IMG/VR virus record: IMGVR_UViG_3300031972_001405
Coordinates: 1-64,000 of that record
Direction: 5' to 3' (one strand)
Source of the DNA: a virus
Length of the DNA stretch: 64,000 bases
Shown: piece after piece, positions 1 through 8,978 of the stretch
Numbering within the stretch: the first letter of the stretch is position 1
Layout: the number at the start of each line of letters is the position of its first letter
Notes under the pieces: model-generated
The model's database searches: none
What the model was told of the DNA's origin: nothing
The model's input: the letters and a program-made list of their open reading frames with translations, nothing else
Translations under genes and position numbers: made by a program

Positions 1-733
1 TCGCCATGTCACTAGAAAAGATACTATCGAGGGTGTCATCGACATCAACAAGAACACAGCTAGCAAACTGTCGAAGTGGAGTTCGCACCCCTGCCATGAT
101 AGGTGTGGGAATGTTGATTTTGTGCTTTGAGATTGCGTCGTAGTATCTTCTGACATATGAAAGTCTTGTGTCCTTAGGATAGTCTTGAAAGATAGTCAGA
201 GATATCATCATGTACATAAACTGAGGGGTTTCAAAAACCACTCCATTACTTCTGTCTTGCACCAAGTATTTATCACAAACCTGGCGTAAACCAGCGTAAG
301 TAAAAATAAAATCACGATCGTGATCGACGAAAGTATCGGCTTTTTCAATTTCTTCATGAGAGTATTTGCCGAAAATTGCTTTATCATAAAGATCATCATA
401 ACATAATTTAGTAATATGATCTACAAGTGATGGAGATTCCCAAATTTTCCCATACAATTGCTTCCTCAAAGAGAAGAGAAGAAGACGTGCTGCTACGAAC
501 TGATAGTTAGGATGATCAAGACTAATGAGGTCAGAAGCAGAACGAATTAAAATTTCTTGAATTTCTTGAGTGGTGATCTTATCGTAAAATTGAATACCAG
601 ATTGAATTTCTACCTGAGAAGCAGAAACACCCGCAAGATCTTTACAGGCTTCCTCAACCATCACATGCATTTTTTCTAGGTTGATCTGTTCAATGCGACC
701 ATCCCGTTTTGTAACCTTGATACCGTTGCTCAT
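1..733 (-). CDS. nrdA: Ribonucleotide reductase class Ia alpha subunit, 5' part (runs off the window)
   Basis: Not in the ORF track. Manual translation from ATG at 733 gives MSNGIKVTKRDGRIEQINLEKMH (ATP-cone) ... YLVQDRS..FETPQFMY ... INIPTPIMAGVRTPLRQFASCVLVD. Start overlaps the primase stop (ATGA). Confidence 0.95.
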   Translation of the reverse strand, partial: MSNGIKVTKRDGRIEQINLEKMHVMVEEACKDLAGVSASQVEIQSGIQFYDKITTQEIQEILIRSASDLISLDHPNYQFVAARLLLFSLRKQLYGKIWESPSLVDHITKLCYDDLYDKAIFGKYSHEEIEKADTFVDHDRDFIFTYAGLRQVCDKYLVQDRSNGVVFETPQFMYMMISLTIFQDYPKDTRLSYVRRYYDAISKHKINIPTPIMAGVRTPLRQFASCVLVDVDDTLDSIFSSDMA

Positions 734-1701
734 ACTTTTTTCCAAAGATTGAATTTGAGTTTTGCTTCTAAACCAGAGTAGGTGTTTAACCTTAGCAGAT
801 CCTGAACGTTATGTCCAGCGATGACCATATCATTTATATCCTTTTCAACAACATCGTTTCTCCATATTACTACCTTGTGTCCTCTATCGATGAGTTTTGA
901 TACTCGGTTGACGATTTCTCTGTTACGTGGTTCGTTATCAAGAACCCAAATATAATTGCTCCAATCAAACGACCCAATATCAACATCGGACCCGCACATA
1001 GCAACAGAGTTTTCCACGAACGTGGAGTCGAAGGGTCCTTCAACGATATAGATTGGACTCTTTGTGGTGATTGTGTCGAGTCCATAGATTTTTGGTGCAT
1101 CGTTATTCAACATCACAGTGATATATTTAATCTTATTTGGTTTTACAGATCTGCCTTGGAAGCCGATGAGATTTTTTTTGTAATATAATGGAATGATGAT
1201 CCTAGACTCTTTACCCATATACGAGTAATCCACACCCTTGAACGTTCGCACAAACTCATCAAAGTTTTCTGCAAAATAAAATTTGGTGGGATCGATCTTA
1301 CGATTTTGAAGATAGGTTCTAGCAACTTCCACCTCACTGCATAAAGGAAGAACGATCCTCTGTACAAACTTAGGTTTCTCAAAAACAAATTTAGGTTCAT
1401 CGGTTACAAAGTTCCTACCTCCAGCATGTCCCTCTTTGAATTTTTCAAGAGTGTACTGCTTATGTAGAGTGGTATCTAATTTCTTGATGAAAGAGTTAAG
1501 TGACATCGAAGCACCACAATTATGGCACTTAAAGTTCGCATTAGACTTTACAGCGTAGATGTATCCTCTAGCTTTACTCTTATTCTTCTGAGAGTCTCCA
1601 CAAACAGGGCACCGAAAATTATACAGTCCTTGTTTGACTCGTTTAAATTTTTCTAATCTTGAGGATAGGAGACCAATAAATTTTGAATCAATAAGATCCA
1701 T
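730..1701 (-). CDS. gp61: DNA primase (T4 gp61-like)
   Basis: Zn ribbon RCPVCGDS...KCHNCG; TOPRIM motifs IVEGPFDS, DNEPRN, KDINDM. Confidence 0.95.
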   Translation of the reverse strand: MDLIDSKFIGLLSSRLEKFKRVKQGLYNFRCPVCGDSQKNKSKARGYIYAVKSNANFKCHNCGASMSLNSFIKKLDTTLHKQYTLEKFKEGHAGGRNFVTDEPKFVFEKPKFVQRIVLPLCSEVEVARTYLQNRKIDPTKFYFAENFDEFVRTFKGVDYSYMGKESRIIIPLYYKKNLIGFQGRSVKPNKIKYITVMLNNDAPKIYGLDTITTKSPIYIVEGPFDSTFVENSVAMCGSDVDIGSFDWSNYIWVLDNEPRNREIVNRVSKLIDRGHKVVIWRNDVVEKDINDMVIAGHNVQDLLRLNTYSGLEAKLKFNLWKKV

Positions 1702-1714
1702 TCACAAAAAACCA

Positions 1715-2095
1715 TTACCTCACAACCATCATAGCAGATGTTTGTTGAGATGGCAAGACTTTATCAAAAGTTCCTGGCATATTGAGAATGAACATGACTG
1801 TGGTCAGTATTCCCAGTCCGACCCAAACCTTTCTCTCAAGTCCTCGGATTCGTTGAGTAACGCTGTCATGATCGCTGTCCATTTTATCACGGAGTTTGTC
1901 GATTTTATCAAACAATATGTTGTCAACCTGTTCTTGTTTTGCGAGTTTTTCTTCATGGACGGCAAGCATCCGAGATACATTATTATTTACTTCACTTATT
2001 TTTTCAATAGCATTATCTAACTTTATTGTTAATCTTTCAATGGAGTTAATCTTTTCTTCTACTACTGCTAGTTGAAGATTCCCGTTATTTTCCAT
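1715..2095 (-). CDS. Hypothetical coiled-coil protein with C-terminal membrane anchor
   Basis: Heptad-rich body followed by hydrophobic VWVGLGILTTVMFIL; start chosen at MENNG. Confidence 0.65.
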   Translation of the reverse strand: MENNGNLQLAVVEEKINSIERLTIKLDNAIEKISEVNNNVSRMLAVHEEKLAKQEQVDNILFDKIDKLRDKMDSDHDSVTQRIRGLERKVWVGLGILTTVMFILNMPGTFDKVLPSQQTSAMMVVR

Positions 2096-2363
2096 TTTTT
2101 GGTGCAAAGTAAGGGTTGAAATCCATCACTTTACGCATTGCTTTTTTATCTTCTCGCTTCTTTTTCTTCTTCATCAACTGATCAAGATATTTCTTGACAT
2201 ACTTCCTGCGACCATCAAGTCTAACAGGAGGTTGATCAGGAGGAAGACCAGCTACACCGCCGCCAGTAGCGGCATTAGTTGGAACATCTTCGGAAACTGA
2301 GAACTCATGATACATCGCAGAACGAAATGCATCAATAATCTTATCAATTTTTTCCCGTTCCAT
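2085..2363 (-). CDS. Hypothetical phage protein (Lys-rich C-terminus)
   Basis: 92-aa ORF overlapping both neighbours in the operon. Confidence 0.65.
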   Translation of the reverse strand: MEREKIDKIIDAFRSAMYHEFSVSEDVPTNAATGGGVAGLPPDQPPVRLDGRRKYVKKYLDQLMKKKKKREDKKAMRKVMDFNPYFAPKNGK

Positions 2364-2739
2364 AATACTCTTTTTGAAGGATTGAAAGTGCGTTTATATC
2401 AGGTTGTATGTCATGCAGTTTTGTCTTTGGGAACTCAGGTAATTTGTTTAGGAACATTAGGAATGATTTCGTTGTGTTCCAAAGACTGTTATCGAGTTTA
2501 AAAAACATGAGAGGAGTGGCAGATTCGCCAAACACATTGTATAAAACAATTATGTGATTGATTACTAAGTGTGTTTTGAGTTCTCCCCCTCTCTGATATC
2601 GCTTCAACAAACGTTTCACATACTTGAAACGTTTTAAGTCATCGTAAAAATCCTCTCTGGTTACTGCAGATGGATTATCATAATGCCTAATAGCAAATAA
2701 GACATAGTTTTTTTCGTTCAGTTCATCAAATAAATGCAT
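2344..2739 (-). CDS. Conserved hypothetical T4-like phage protein
   Basis: FDELNE..YDNP..EDFYDDLKRFKYVKRLL..HLVINHIIVLYNVFG pattern typical of a marine T4-like core hypothetical. Confidence 0.75.
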   Translation of the reverse strand: MHLFDELNEKNYVLFAIRHYDNPSAVTREDFYDDLKRFKYVKRLLKRYQRGGELKTHLVINHIIVLYNVFGESATPLMFFKLDNSLWNTTKSFLMFLNKLPEFPKTKLHDIQPDINALSILQKEYYGTGKN

Positions 2740-2754
2740 GACATACTATACTAA

Positions 2755-3330
2755 TCAAGCCTGGTAGTTAGGATATGGAGCGTTGCCAGTTTGAATACCT
2801 GACATAGCAACCAGAACCTCAGACTTCACACGAAGATTGCCGTGGTTGTCAGTATACGTCTGAACACCAACCCAACCAGAGTGAGCAGGACGATATGCAG
2901 AGGTTGAAGCAAGACCAACAGATCCTTGTGCAAAGTCCTCATGACCAGCAGCAAGAGCAGTTGAACCTACACCAAAGTAAGTTACGGTTGATACTCCACT
3001 ACCACCATAGGCATACTGAGTTGCCAGAGGATCTACCTCAAGATATCTTGGAGCAGTGCTCAGAGAATAAGCAACACCAGCAATTGCTCCAATGGCATCT
3101 GTAACTAGAGCATCGGTGCTAGCAATAGTGACTACACTAGTACTAGAGACACTGACAATCTGTGCAAAACCACAAGTATTTCCGAGACCAAGATAGATGA
3201 AGTGCGAATCAGTTCCAACGCCTGCTTCAAAAGGTCCAGGTTCAATCTCAATTGAATTTGTAGACAACCCAACAGTAGCGACACCAACGGCCACCGACTG
3301 AAAATTGTCTCTATCTCCCCAAAGAGCCAT
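2755..3330 (-). CDS. Probable virion structural protein
   Basis: MALWG start, HSGWVG..RVKSEVLVAM end, Gly/Ser/Thr-rich; late promoter TATAAATA at 3361-3368. Confidence 0.7.
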   Translation of the reverse strand: MALWGDRDNFQSVAVGVATVGLSTNSIEIEPGPFEAGVGTDSHFIYLGLGNTCGFAQIVSVSSTSVVTIASTDALVTDAIGAIAGVAYSLSTAPRYLEVDPLATQYAYGGSGVSTVTYFGVGSTALAAGHEDFAQGSVGLASTSAYRPAHSGWVGVQTYTDNHGNLRVKSEVLVAMSGIQTGNAPYPNYQA

Positions 3331-3360
3331 GTCTTTTTCCTAAATTACGTTCCTAGTTTA

Positions 3361-3368
3361 TATTTATA
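3361..3368 (-). promoter_or_regulatory. T4-type late promoter TATAAATA
   Basis: Exact gp55 consensus about 30 nt upstream of the 191-aa gene. Confidence 0.8.
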
Positions 3369-3377
3369 AAAACGATA

Positions 3378-3581
3378 TCACTCACCGTCGCGGTTTTTAA
3401 TTGCCTTAGCTACGGATTCTAGTAATTGATCGTCCATATCAGTTTTGGTAAGTTTTACTGCCTTACCAAGAATAACCAAACAAATGTCAATCAACTTTTC
3501 TCCAAGTTCCTCATTTTCAGGGATCTTAGAGACAGCATCAGAAATAATCTTAGATGCTAATGGTAAGAGAAATGAAAGCAT
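3378..3581 (-). CDS. Small conserved hypothetical protein
   Basis: 67 aa, amphipathic; KAVKLTKTDMDDQL motif. Confidence 0.7.
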   Translation of the reverse strand: MLSFLLPLASKIISDAVSKIPENEELGEKLIDICLVILGKAVKLTKTDMDDQLLESVAKAIKNRDGE

Positions 3582-3586
3582 GATGT

Positions 3587-3620
3587 CATAGCGGATTATA
3601 TTCTATATATATCCGCTATG
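3587..3620. repeat. Perfect 10-bp inverted repeat (intergenic hairpin)
   Basis: CATAGCGGAT (3587-3596) / ATCCGCTATG (3611-3620) around an AT-rich loop. Confidence 0.6.
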
Positions 3621-3626
3621 AATTCT

Positions 3627-5684
3627 TCAAGTTGCTTTCTTCCTACGATTCATTTCTTTGTTCACCCTCTTCAACATGAATTGATTAGAAGGAAGACTCT
3701 GATCAGAACCACTCACCTGCTTGTGCAATGCTGCCAGTTTTTCATCTGACTGCTTTGCCATCTTAGCATCTTCTTTGATGGCACCTTTACCATGCTTGGC
3801 ACGGATATCTGCTTTTACTCTGTCAAGTGCAGAGGTGCCAGCACCATACTTCTTATCTGCTGCTTTCTGCAGAGGGGTCTTACCCTTCATCTTGGGTTGT
3901 GTCCCACCAGATCTAGCTGGTCTGTCGTAACGAGTGTTACCATCACCACCACCACGCTCCATGCGGCGGTCTCTCAGTCGATCTGCTTCTTCCTCATTAA
4001 CAAATTCTTCATTCTTAGCACCAGACTTATGACGGACGGTTCCTTTCTCGTCAGTATAAGTTTCTCTCTCCTTTCTAGGAGTTACATAACCTACACCAGG
4101 GACTACACCAGTCTTACCAGCAGCTCTGGCAGCATTTCTATCTGCTGCTCTTTGTGCTGCTCTCTTACGGTTCCTATCGTATGAAGACATTGCTTCGTCA
4201 ACAGTCTCCTCACTCATACGATCGACAACTTTCTGTGCCATCTTTCTGATGCCACGCTTTGCAGAGGTTTTTGCTCTCTGAGCAGCGGGAGTTGCTTTCA
4301 CCTTAAGTTCTCTGGCCTTATTATATGCCTTGACAGAAACTTTACCAATAAACTCTTTTGCTTTGCTCTTCAGTTTGTCTCTCTTTCTTTCACGCTTAGG
4401 AGCCTCAGTGTCATGACCCATGGTTACTGATGCTTCAATAGCATACTCAAGTGCTTCTTCGATAACATCCTCATCATATCCTTCCTCAAGAAGTTCATCA
4501 TAAACGCTACCGACAAGATAATCAATCTCATCAATCTCGGTGACTTCAAGAATGGTGCCACCCATTTCTTCAAAAGCAGATTCAAGTTTTACAGTAGGAT
4601 TAATATCAACCTTGTTCTTTACGGTCTTCTCTTTAACCTTCTGCTGTGGCATATCGCCAGTGTCAATAATCTCAATCAGATCTTGTCTCCAATTGTGATA
4701 AGACTCTCTCTGAACCTTAGTCTTAAGTTTCTTCTTACCATCTGCGGATGGAACAAACTCACCCATCTCACCAGACTTAGGATCATGGGTATCTACATCA
4801 CCATCAACGTCAGCATCAATTCTCTTATTTGCTTTAGAAGCAAGTTTCTTCAGGTTGCCGCCACCAATCTTGGACTCTTCTGCTTCAGCAAATTCTAGTT
4901 CTTCTTTAGATAAATTTGCTTTACGATAGGCAAGATAGTCTCTATCTTTCTTACCCATACGGGCTTGACCTTGAGGTTTCTGTGAACCACCAGCGGGATT
5001 AGAACCAGTGTTCTTTGCTCTGTAGGAGTAGTTTGCACCACTTCCTTTGGAGTCACCAGAGACCATCTTGCCTGCATCAGATCTGCTGTCCTGATACTGC
5101 TTCTCAGTCTGACCGTGCTTACCCTTGTAGAGTTCTTCTACATTCTCGATTTCTTCTTTTGCAATTGCCTTACCAATTGCCTTACGACGTTTGGCAAGAT
5201 ACTTATCAGTTTTATCTTTCTTACCATCATTATTGATATCACCATCTTCCTGCCCTACAGGATCAAGTCCTTCTTTCTTTACTCCTCTCTTTGCTTCGTG
5301 CTCTTTCTTTCTTGCTGCCATAGCATCAAGACCTGGAGCACCCGTCATTCCCTTCTTCTTCATGAATGATTGAGTTCTTGCAATATCCTTTTCGCCTGAA
5401 CCAGGTGCTGCACCATATCCTTCTTTCTGATGCATTTCTTTGTATGCACCAACAAGAGATTTTATAATATCTGGTCCTTGCTGCTTCTCTTCAAAATGAG
5501 GGTTCTTCTGACTAGGAACCTTCTCCATGTCCTTACGGGCCTTCTCATTATTCTTTTGACGCTTCTTCATATCTGGTTCAAGATATGAATCGTGCTTCTT
5601 TTCAGAAACTTCTGCTGTACCAGCAACTGAAGCATAAAGTTTATTCAGCTCATCAAGAGCTTTCTTGCTATCGTGATGATCCAT
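3627..5684 (-). CDS. Modular Lys/Arg-rich protein, probable internal head polyprotein
   Basis: 685 aa of basic low-complexity modules separated by hydrophobic-x-E sites; late box ATAAATA at 5715-5721. Confidence 0.65.
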   Translation of the reverse strand: MDHHDSKKALDELNKLYASVAGTAEVSEKKHDSYLEPDMKKRQKNNEKARKDMEKVPSQKNPHFEEKQQGPDIIKSLVGAYKEMHQKEGYGAAPGSGEKDIARTQSFMKKKGMTGAPGLDAMAARKKEHEAKRGVKKEGLDPVGQEDGDINNDGKKDKTDKYLAKRRKAIGKAIAKEEIENVEELYKGKHGQTEKQYQDSRSDAGKMVSGDSKGSGANYSYRAKNTGSNPAGGSQKPQGQARMGKKDRDYLAYRKANLSKEELEFAEAEESKIGGGNLKKLASKANKRIDADVDGDVDTHDPKSGEMGEFVPSADGKKKLKTKVQRESYHNWRQDLIEIIDTGDMPQQKVKEKTVKNKVDINPTVKLESAFEEMGGTILEVTEIDEIDYLVGSVYDELLEEGYDEDVIEEALEYAIEASVTMGHDTEAPKRERKRDKLKSKAKEFIGKVSVKAYNKARELKVKATPAAQRAKTSAKRGIRKMAQKVVDRMSEETVDEAMSSYDRNRKRAAQRAADRNAARAAGKTGVVPGVGYVTPRKERETYTDEKGTVRHKSGAKNEEFVNEEEADRLRDRRMERGGGDGNTRYDRPARSGGTQPKMKGKTPLQKAADKKYGAGTSALDRVKADIRAKHGKGAIKEDAKMAKQSDEKLAALHKQVSGSDQSLPSNQFMLKRVNKEMNRRKKAT

Positions 5685-5694
5685 TACGGTGCAA

Positions 5695-6912
5695 TTACTT
5701 CTTTTTCTTATACTTATTTATGAAATTTTTGATCTGCTTAGTGCCTGTCATTCTCATAGCATACTTCCGATACTCGTCAGTACCAACTTCATAGGGAGGA
5801 TTCTTCTTCTCTTTACTATGATCACACCCACAGTCCTCATTCAAATCTTTAATCCAGGACTTAAACATCTGTCCACCTGGAGTGACACAGATCAAGTGAT
5901 TAGTTCCTCTACGAACAATCTCACCAATCAATCCTGTGTTTAGATTCTCAACAATGTCACCAATCCTAAAGATCTTCTCAAGATAATAGTTCTCTCTCAA
6001 AGTTTGGAAGTCTAACTTTGGAGCGATTTGCCATAGATAAGACTCTTTAGTAGCAACTTTCATCTTACGACGAAGAGTATTGAAAATATCTTTAGTAACC
6101 TCGTCATCAAGTGAGTTTGGAACACCGCCTTTAAAAGTTTCAAAATCATTTTCTGCGGCAGCTGCCCTCATTTTAGACGCAGACATTCCCGAGATGCCCT
6201 CAGCATCTGGATCTCGTTCCCCTGCTGACACAACGTTAATCGTCTCAAAGTCATATAACTCTCCGTTGTATTTGTTGGCGAGTTTTTCAAATTCAGATTG
6301 TCTGTCAGAACCAACCATGATGTTGACCGTGGAGTATCCATCTTCATCTGCCCGTTTCAATACATCAAAAATAGATTTCATATCAGGATCATTAACGATT
6401 CTCTCTCCATGCTTGGAGAACATTACGCGCATGAACTCAATTTTAGTATCAGCATCAAGAGGATTCTTTTTCGGATCCTCTGAACGTGACGGGTAGATTT
6501 TATAGTCTCCACCACTAGATTGTGAAGCAGCTGCATCCAATAATTTCTGATGTCCAACTGTAGGAGGATTAAACCTACCAAAAGCAACAGTTACAGTTCC
6601 CTTATCTTCTGCTTCGTCTCCACCTTCTTCCCCAGACTCTTTACCCTTTGAATCTTCTGGTGCTGGTTCCTGAGGTCCAGGTGCAGCAGGTGCTGGAGGT
6701 TCTGCTGATGCTGCTTTCTTAGCAGCTGCCTCGTCTCCGCCCTTACCTCTACCCTTAGCAAATTCTAGATCACCGTCCAATGTGCGAGCAACGTACTTAC
6801 CGCTTCTATCATACCAGTTTCCATGACCATCCGACTGAAGACCAAGACGTTTTGCCTTTTCTACAGCGCGAGAAAGTTTCGCCTCAGATAAGAAGTTGAG
6901 AAAGTTCTTCAT
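5695..6912 (-). CDS. HIGH-superfamily nucleotidyltransferase ('cytidyltransferase') with capsid-targeting-like leader
   Basis: FGRFNPPTVGH, VGSDR, SAGERDPDAEG and MSASKMR motifs; N-terminus MKNFLNFLSE; late box CTAAATA near 6934-6940. Confidence 0.85.
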   Translation of the reverse strand: MKNFLNFLSEAKLSRAVEKAKRLGLQSDGHGNWYDRSGKYVARTLDGDLEFAKGRGKGGDEAAAKKAASAEPPAPAAPGPQEPAPEDSKGKESGEEGGDEAEDKGTVTVAFGRFNPPTVGHQKLLDAAASQSSGGDYKIYPSRSEDPKKNPLDADTKIEFMRVMFSKHGERIVNDPDMKSIFDVLKRADEDGYSTVNIMVGSDRQSEFEKLANKYNGELYDFETINVVSAGERDPDAEGISGMSASKMRAAAAENDFETFKGGVPNSLDDEVTKDIFNTLRRKMKVATKESYLWQIAPKLDFQTLRENYYLEKIFRIGDIVENLNTGLIGEIVRRGTNHLICVTPGGQMFKSWIKDLNEDCGCDHSKEKKNPPYEVGTDEYRKYAMRMTGTKQIKNFINKYKKKK

Positions 6913-6944
6913 TATTGTCAGACTCTATACATTTATTTAGCGGA

Positions 6945-8384
6945 TTAATACACCTTGACATAGACACTAGCATTAAAAGAAACTGATCTAGTTCCTATGG
7001 GAGACGACATATTCTCTTCCAGTGCTCTCTCTTCTTTATTCAATCCAGTAACGTAACTAATAGAGGCAGCTGCTTGATATAAATTTTCAATTACTCTTTT
7101 TCTAACTCTATCATTAGGTATAGCAGAGATTGACATTCCCATTTCTCCAGCTCTTGCTTTACTCCAAATTGCCGATGCACTATTCATAGACCTTTCGGAT
7201 GGATCAAAATTAGTTCCATTTATTTCTTTCCACATTTCACCAACATATTCAGCAATCCTGTCCATATGTGGTTCAATTAATTGTTCTTGGTTTCTTGCTT
7301 TTATTACTTTAAGTTGTTTACCATTGAACCAAGGACTAGTTTTTATATCAATATCAGAATATTTACGTTGTATTTGATTTAACTTTCTAACACCAGAACC
7401 AGCAGTTTGATTTATAATTGTTTGAAAATTATCTGCACCGATGTTACCCATCTTTGCTGCAGCATAATTCATACCTTTTCCAGTTTGAGAATATTCAAGT
7501 TCCATTTTTTTATTATCAACGTGATACTTCAATCGAATATGCTTTTGTGATCCAGGAACGACTTTACCTCTAGCAGCATCAGGATTTCTTCTAGCAGTCG
7601 ATGCTTTTTGACCTTTTGCAAGTTCAACAGTTTCTATTGTAAAGTTTATTTTTACGTCTTTGTTTCCATAAGTATATTCAATGGTTGGATTGTTAGTTCC
7701 ATTCAATGAAACTCTACTAAAATATTGATTACTATTGACAATATCAATATGCGGAGATGATTGTGGTTTCTTCAATGAGATTGGAATAATGTTTCCTTCA
7801 TCAAATTGCGTGGCTAAAAATTGATTACAATACTCCACCGATACTTTACTTCTACCCATAACTCTTTTGTTTAACTTATTAAGTGCTCTTATACCATTCA
7901 AATTCATCGCCCAAATATCAGCAGGATTCCACTTATCAGTTTTAGCACCACTGCCAACAGATTTCACGAATGCTGTATATGGATTATCTGCAGTTAATCT
8001 AGTATCAAATAATTTATCATTAAAAACTTTATGTCGAGAATTAATTTTAAATCTTCTTTTAACTTCTTGCATATTTCTTCCTTGAGCATCAACCCAATTT
8101 AGTTTTCCACTCACATTACCCTTAACATAGGTAACGAAACCAGAATAAGAAACTGACCTTCCAGTAATACGTTTACCGACAAGATTTACAGAAGAGGGAG
8201 TAACAATATACCTGTTAATTTTATCAATGACTTTTTTGTTTAGTTCATTGCCACTGACTAACTCCTTCAAAGTCAGTGCTTTATTTTCTGCAATAGAGTA
8301 TGCTAAACAGACTTGAGCCAAAACCTCTGAATAAGTCTCTGTTGCAGATCCTGACATTTCTTCTAATTGACTACTCATCAACAC
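6945..8384 (-). CDS. Hypothetical protein, putative PD-(D/E)xK-like nuclease
   Basis: 479 aa; DKWNPADIW...IPISLKK motif pair; AT-rich relative to neighbours; late-like box CTAAATA at 8385-8391. Confidence 0.5.
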   Translation of the reverse strand: MLMSSQLEEMSGSATETYSEVLAQVCLAYSIAENKALTLKELVSGNELNKKVIDKINRYIVTPSSVNLVGKRITGRSVSYSGFVTYVKGNVSGKLNWVDAQGRNMQEVKRRFKINSRHKVFNDKLFDTRLTADNPYTAFVKSVGSGAKTDKWNPADIWAMNLNGIRALNKLNKRVMGRSKVSVEYCNQFLATQFDEGNIIPISLKKPQSSPHIDIVNSNQYFSRVSLNGTNNPTIEYTYGNKDVKINFTIETVELAKGQKASTARRNPDAARGKVVPGSQKHIRLKYHVDNKKMELEYSQTGKGMNYAAAKMGNIGADNFQTIINQTAGSGVRKLNQIQRKYSDIDIKTSPWFNGKQLKVIKARNQEQLIEPHMDRIAEYVGEMWKEINGTNFDPSERSMNSASAIWSKARAGEMGMSISAIPNDRVRKRVIENLYQAAASISYVTGLNKEERALEENMSSPIGTRSVSFNASVYVKVY

Positions 8385-8568
8385 TATTTAGAAAATCCTT
8401 TTCTTTTTGGTAGGGGGTTGTCTGTCCTGTCCACAACTCATATCCTTGTTTAATTTCTGGAAAGAGCCACTGGTCCACCCGATAGCAATGCTTCCAATTG
8501 ACAGGATGAGAACAACTCACCACTACAACAGAAAAGAATGCTCGTAAGTGGATCCAGAGACTATACAT
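8371..8568 (-). CDS. Small hypothetical protein
   Basis: 65 aa, translationally coupled to mazG. Confidence 0.6.
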   Translation of the reverse strand: MYSLWIHLRAFFSVVVVSCSHPVNWKHCYRVDQWLFPEIKQGYELWTGQTTPYQKEKDFLNSVDE

Positions 8569-8978
8569 TATCTGTCATCAGCAGAACGATTTTCAGAACG
8601 ATAGATGTCAAACGTTCCTTCAGGATAACGCTTAGAAAGTTTCTTAAAGTTCATCTCCATGAGATCTTCAAAGGTCACATCCAGTGCCATACACGCTTGA
8701 GCAACATACCACAGGACATCACCAAGTTCAATCTTCATGTGCTCAATGTTACTCTCATCATATGGTTTGCCCTGGAAAACAATCTTCTTGACAATCTCAG
8801 TGAACTCACCACCCTCTGCAGTGATACCAACAGCAGCAGTCAAAAGACGAGGCATATCAGCATCTTGTGCCTCAAGTTCTGTAAGACGACGGAACATGGT
8901 AGCAAAGTCAGTGCTAGGTTCACTAGTGACAGCGTTGACAAATGCAAGGTACTTTTCGGTATCGATGTTGGAAGTCAT
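8568..8978 (-). CDS. mazG: MazG-like nucleotide pyrophosphohydrolase
   Basis: AEGGEFTEIVKK and ELGDVLWY motifs. Confidence 0.92.
   Translation of the reverse strand: MTSNIDTEKYLAFVNAVTSEPSTDFATMFRRLTELEAQDADMPRLLTAAVGITAEGGEFTEIVKKIVFQGKPYDESNIEHMKIELGDVLWYVAQACMALDVTFEDLMEMNFKKLSKRYPEGTFDIYRSENRSADDR

Noticed and set aside
208-399. 63-aa minus-strand ORF in the track
   Set aside because: Out-of-frame ORF inside nrdA, which the track missed because it runs off the window.
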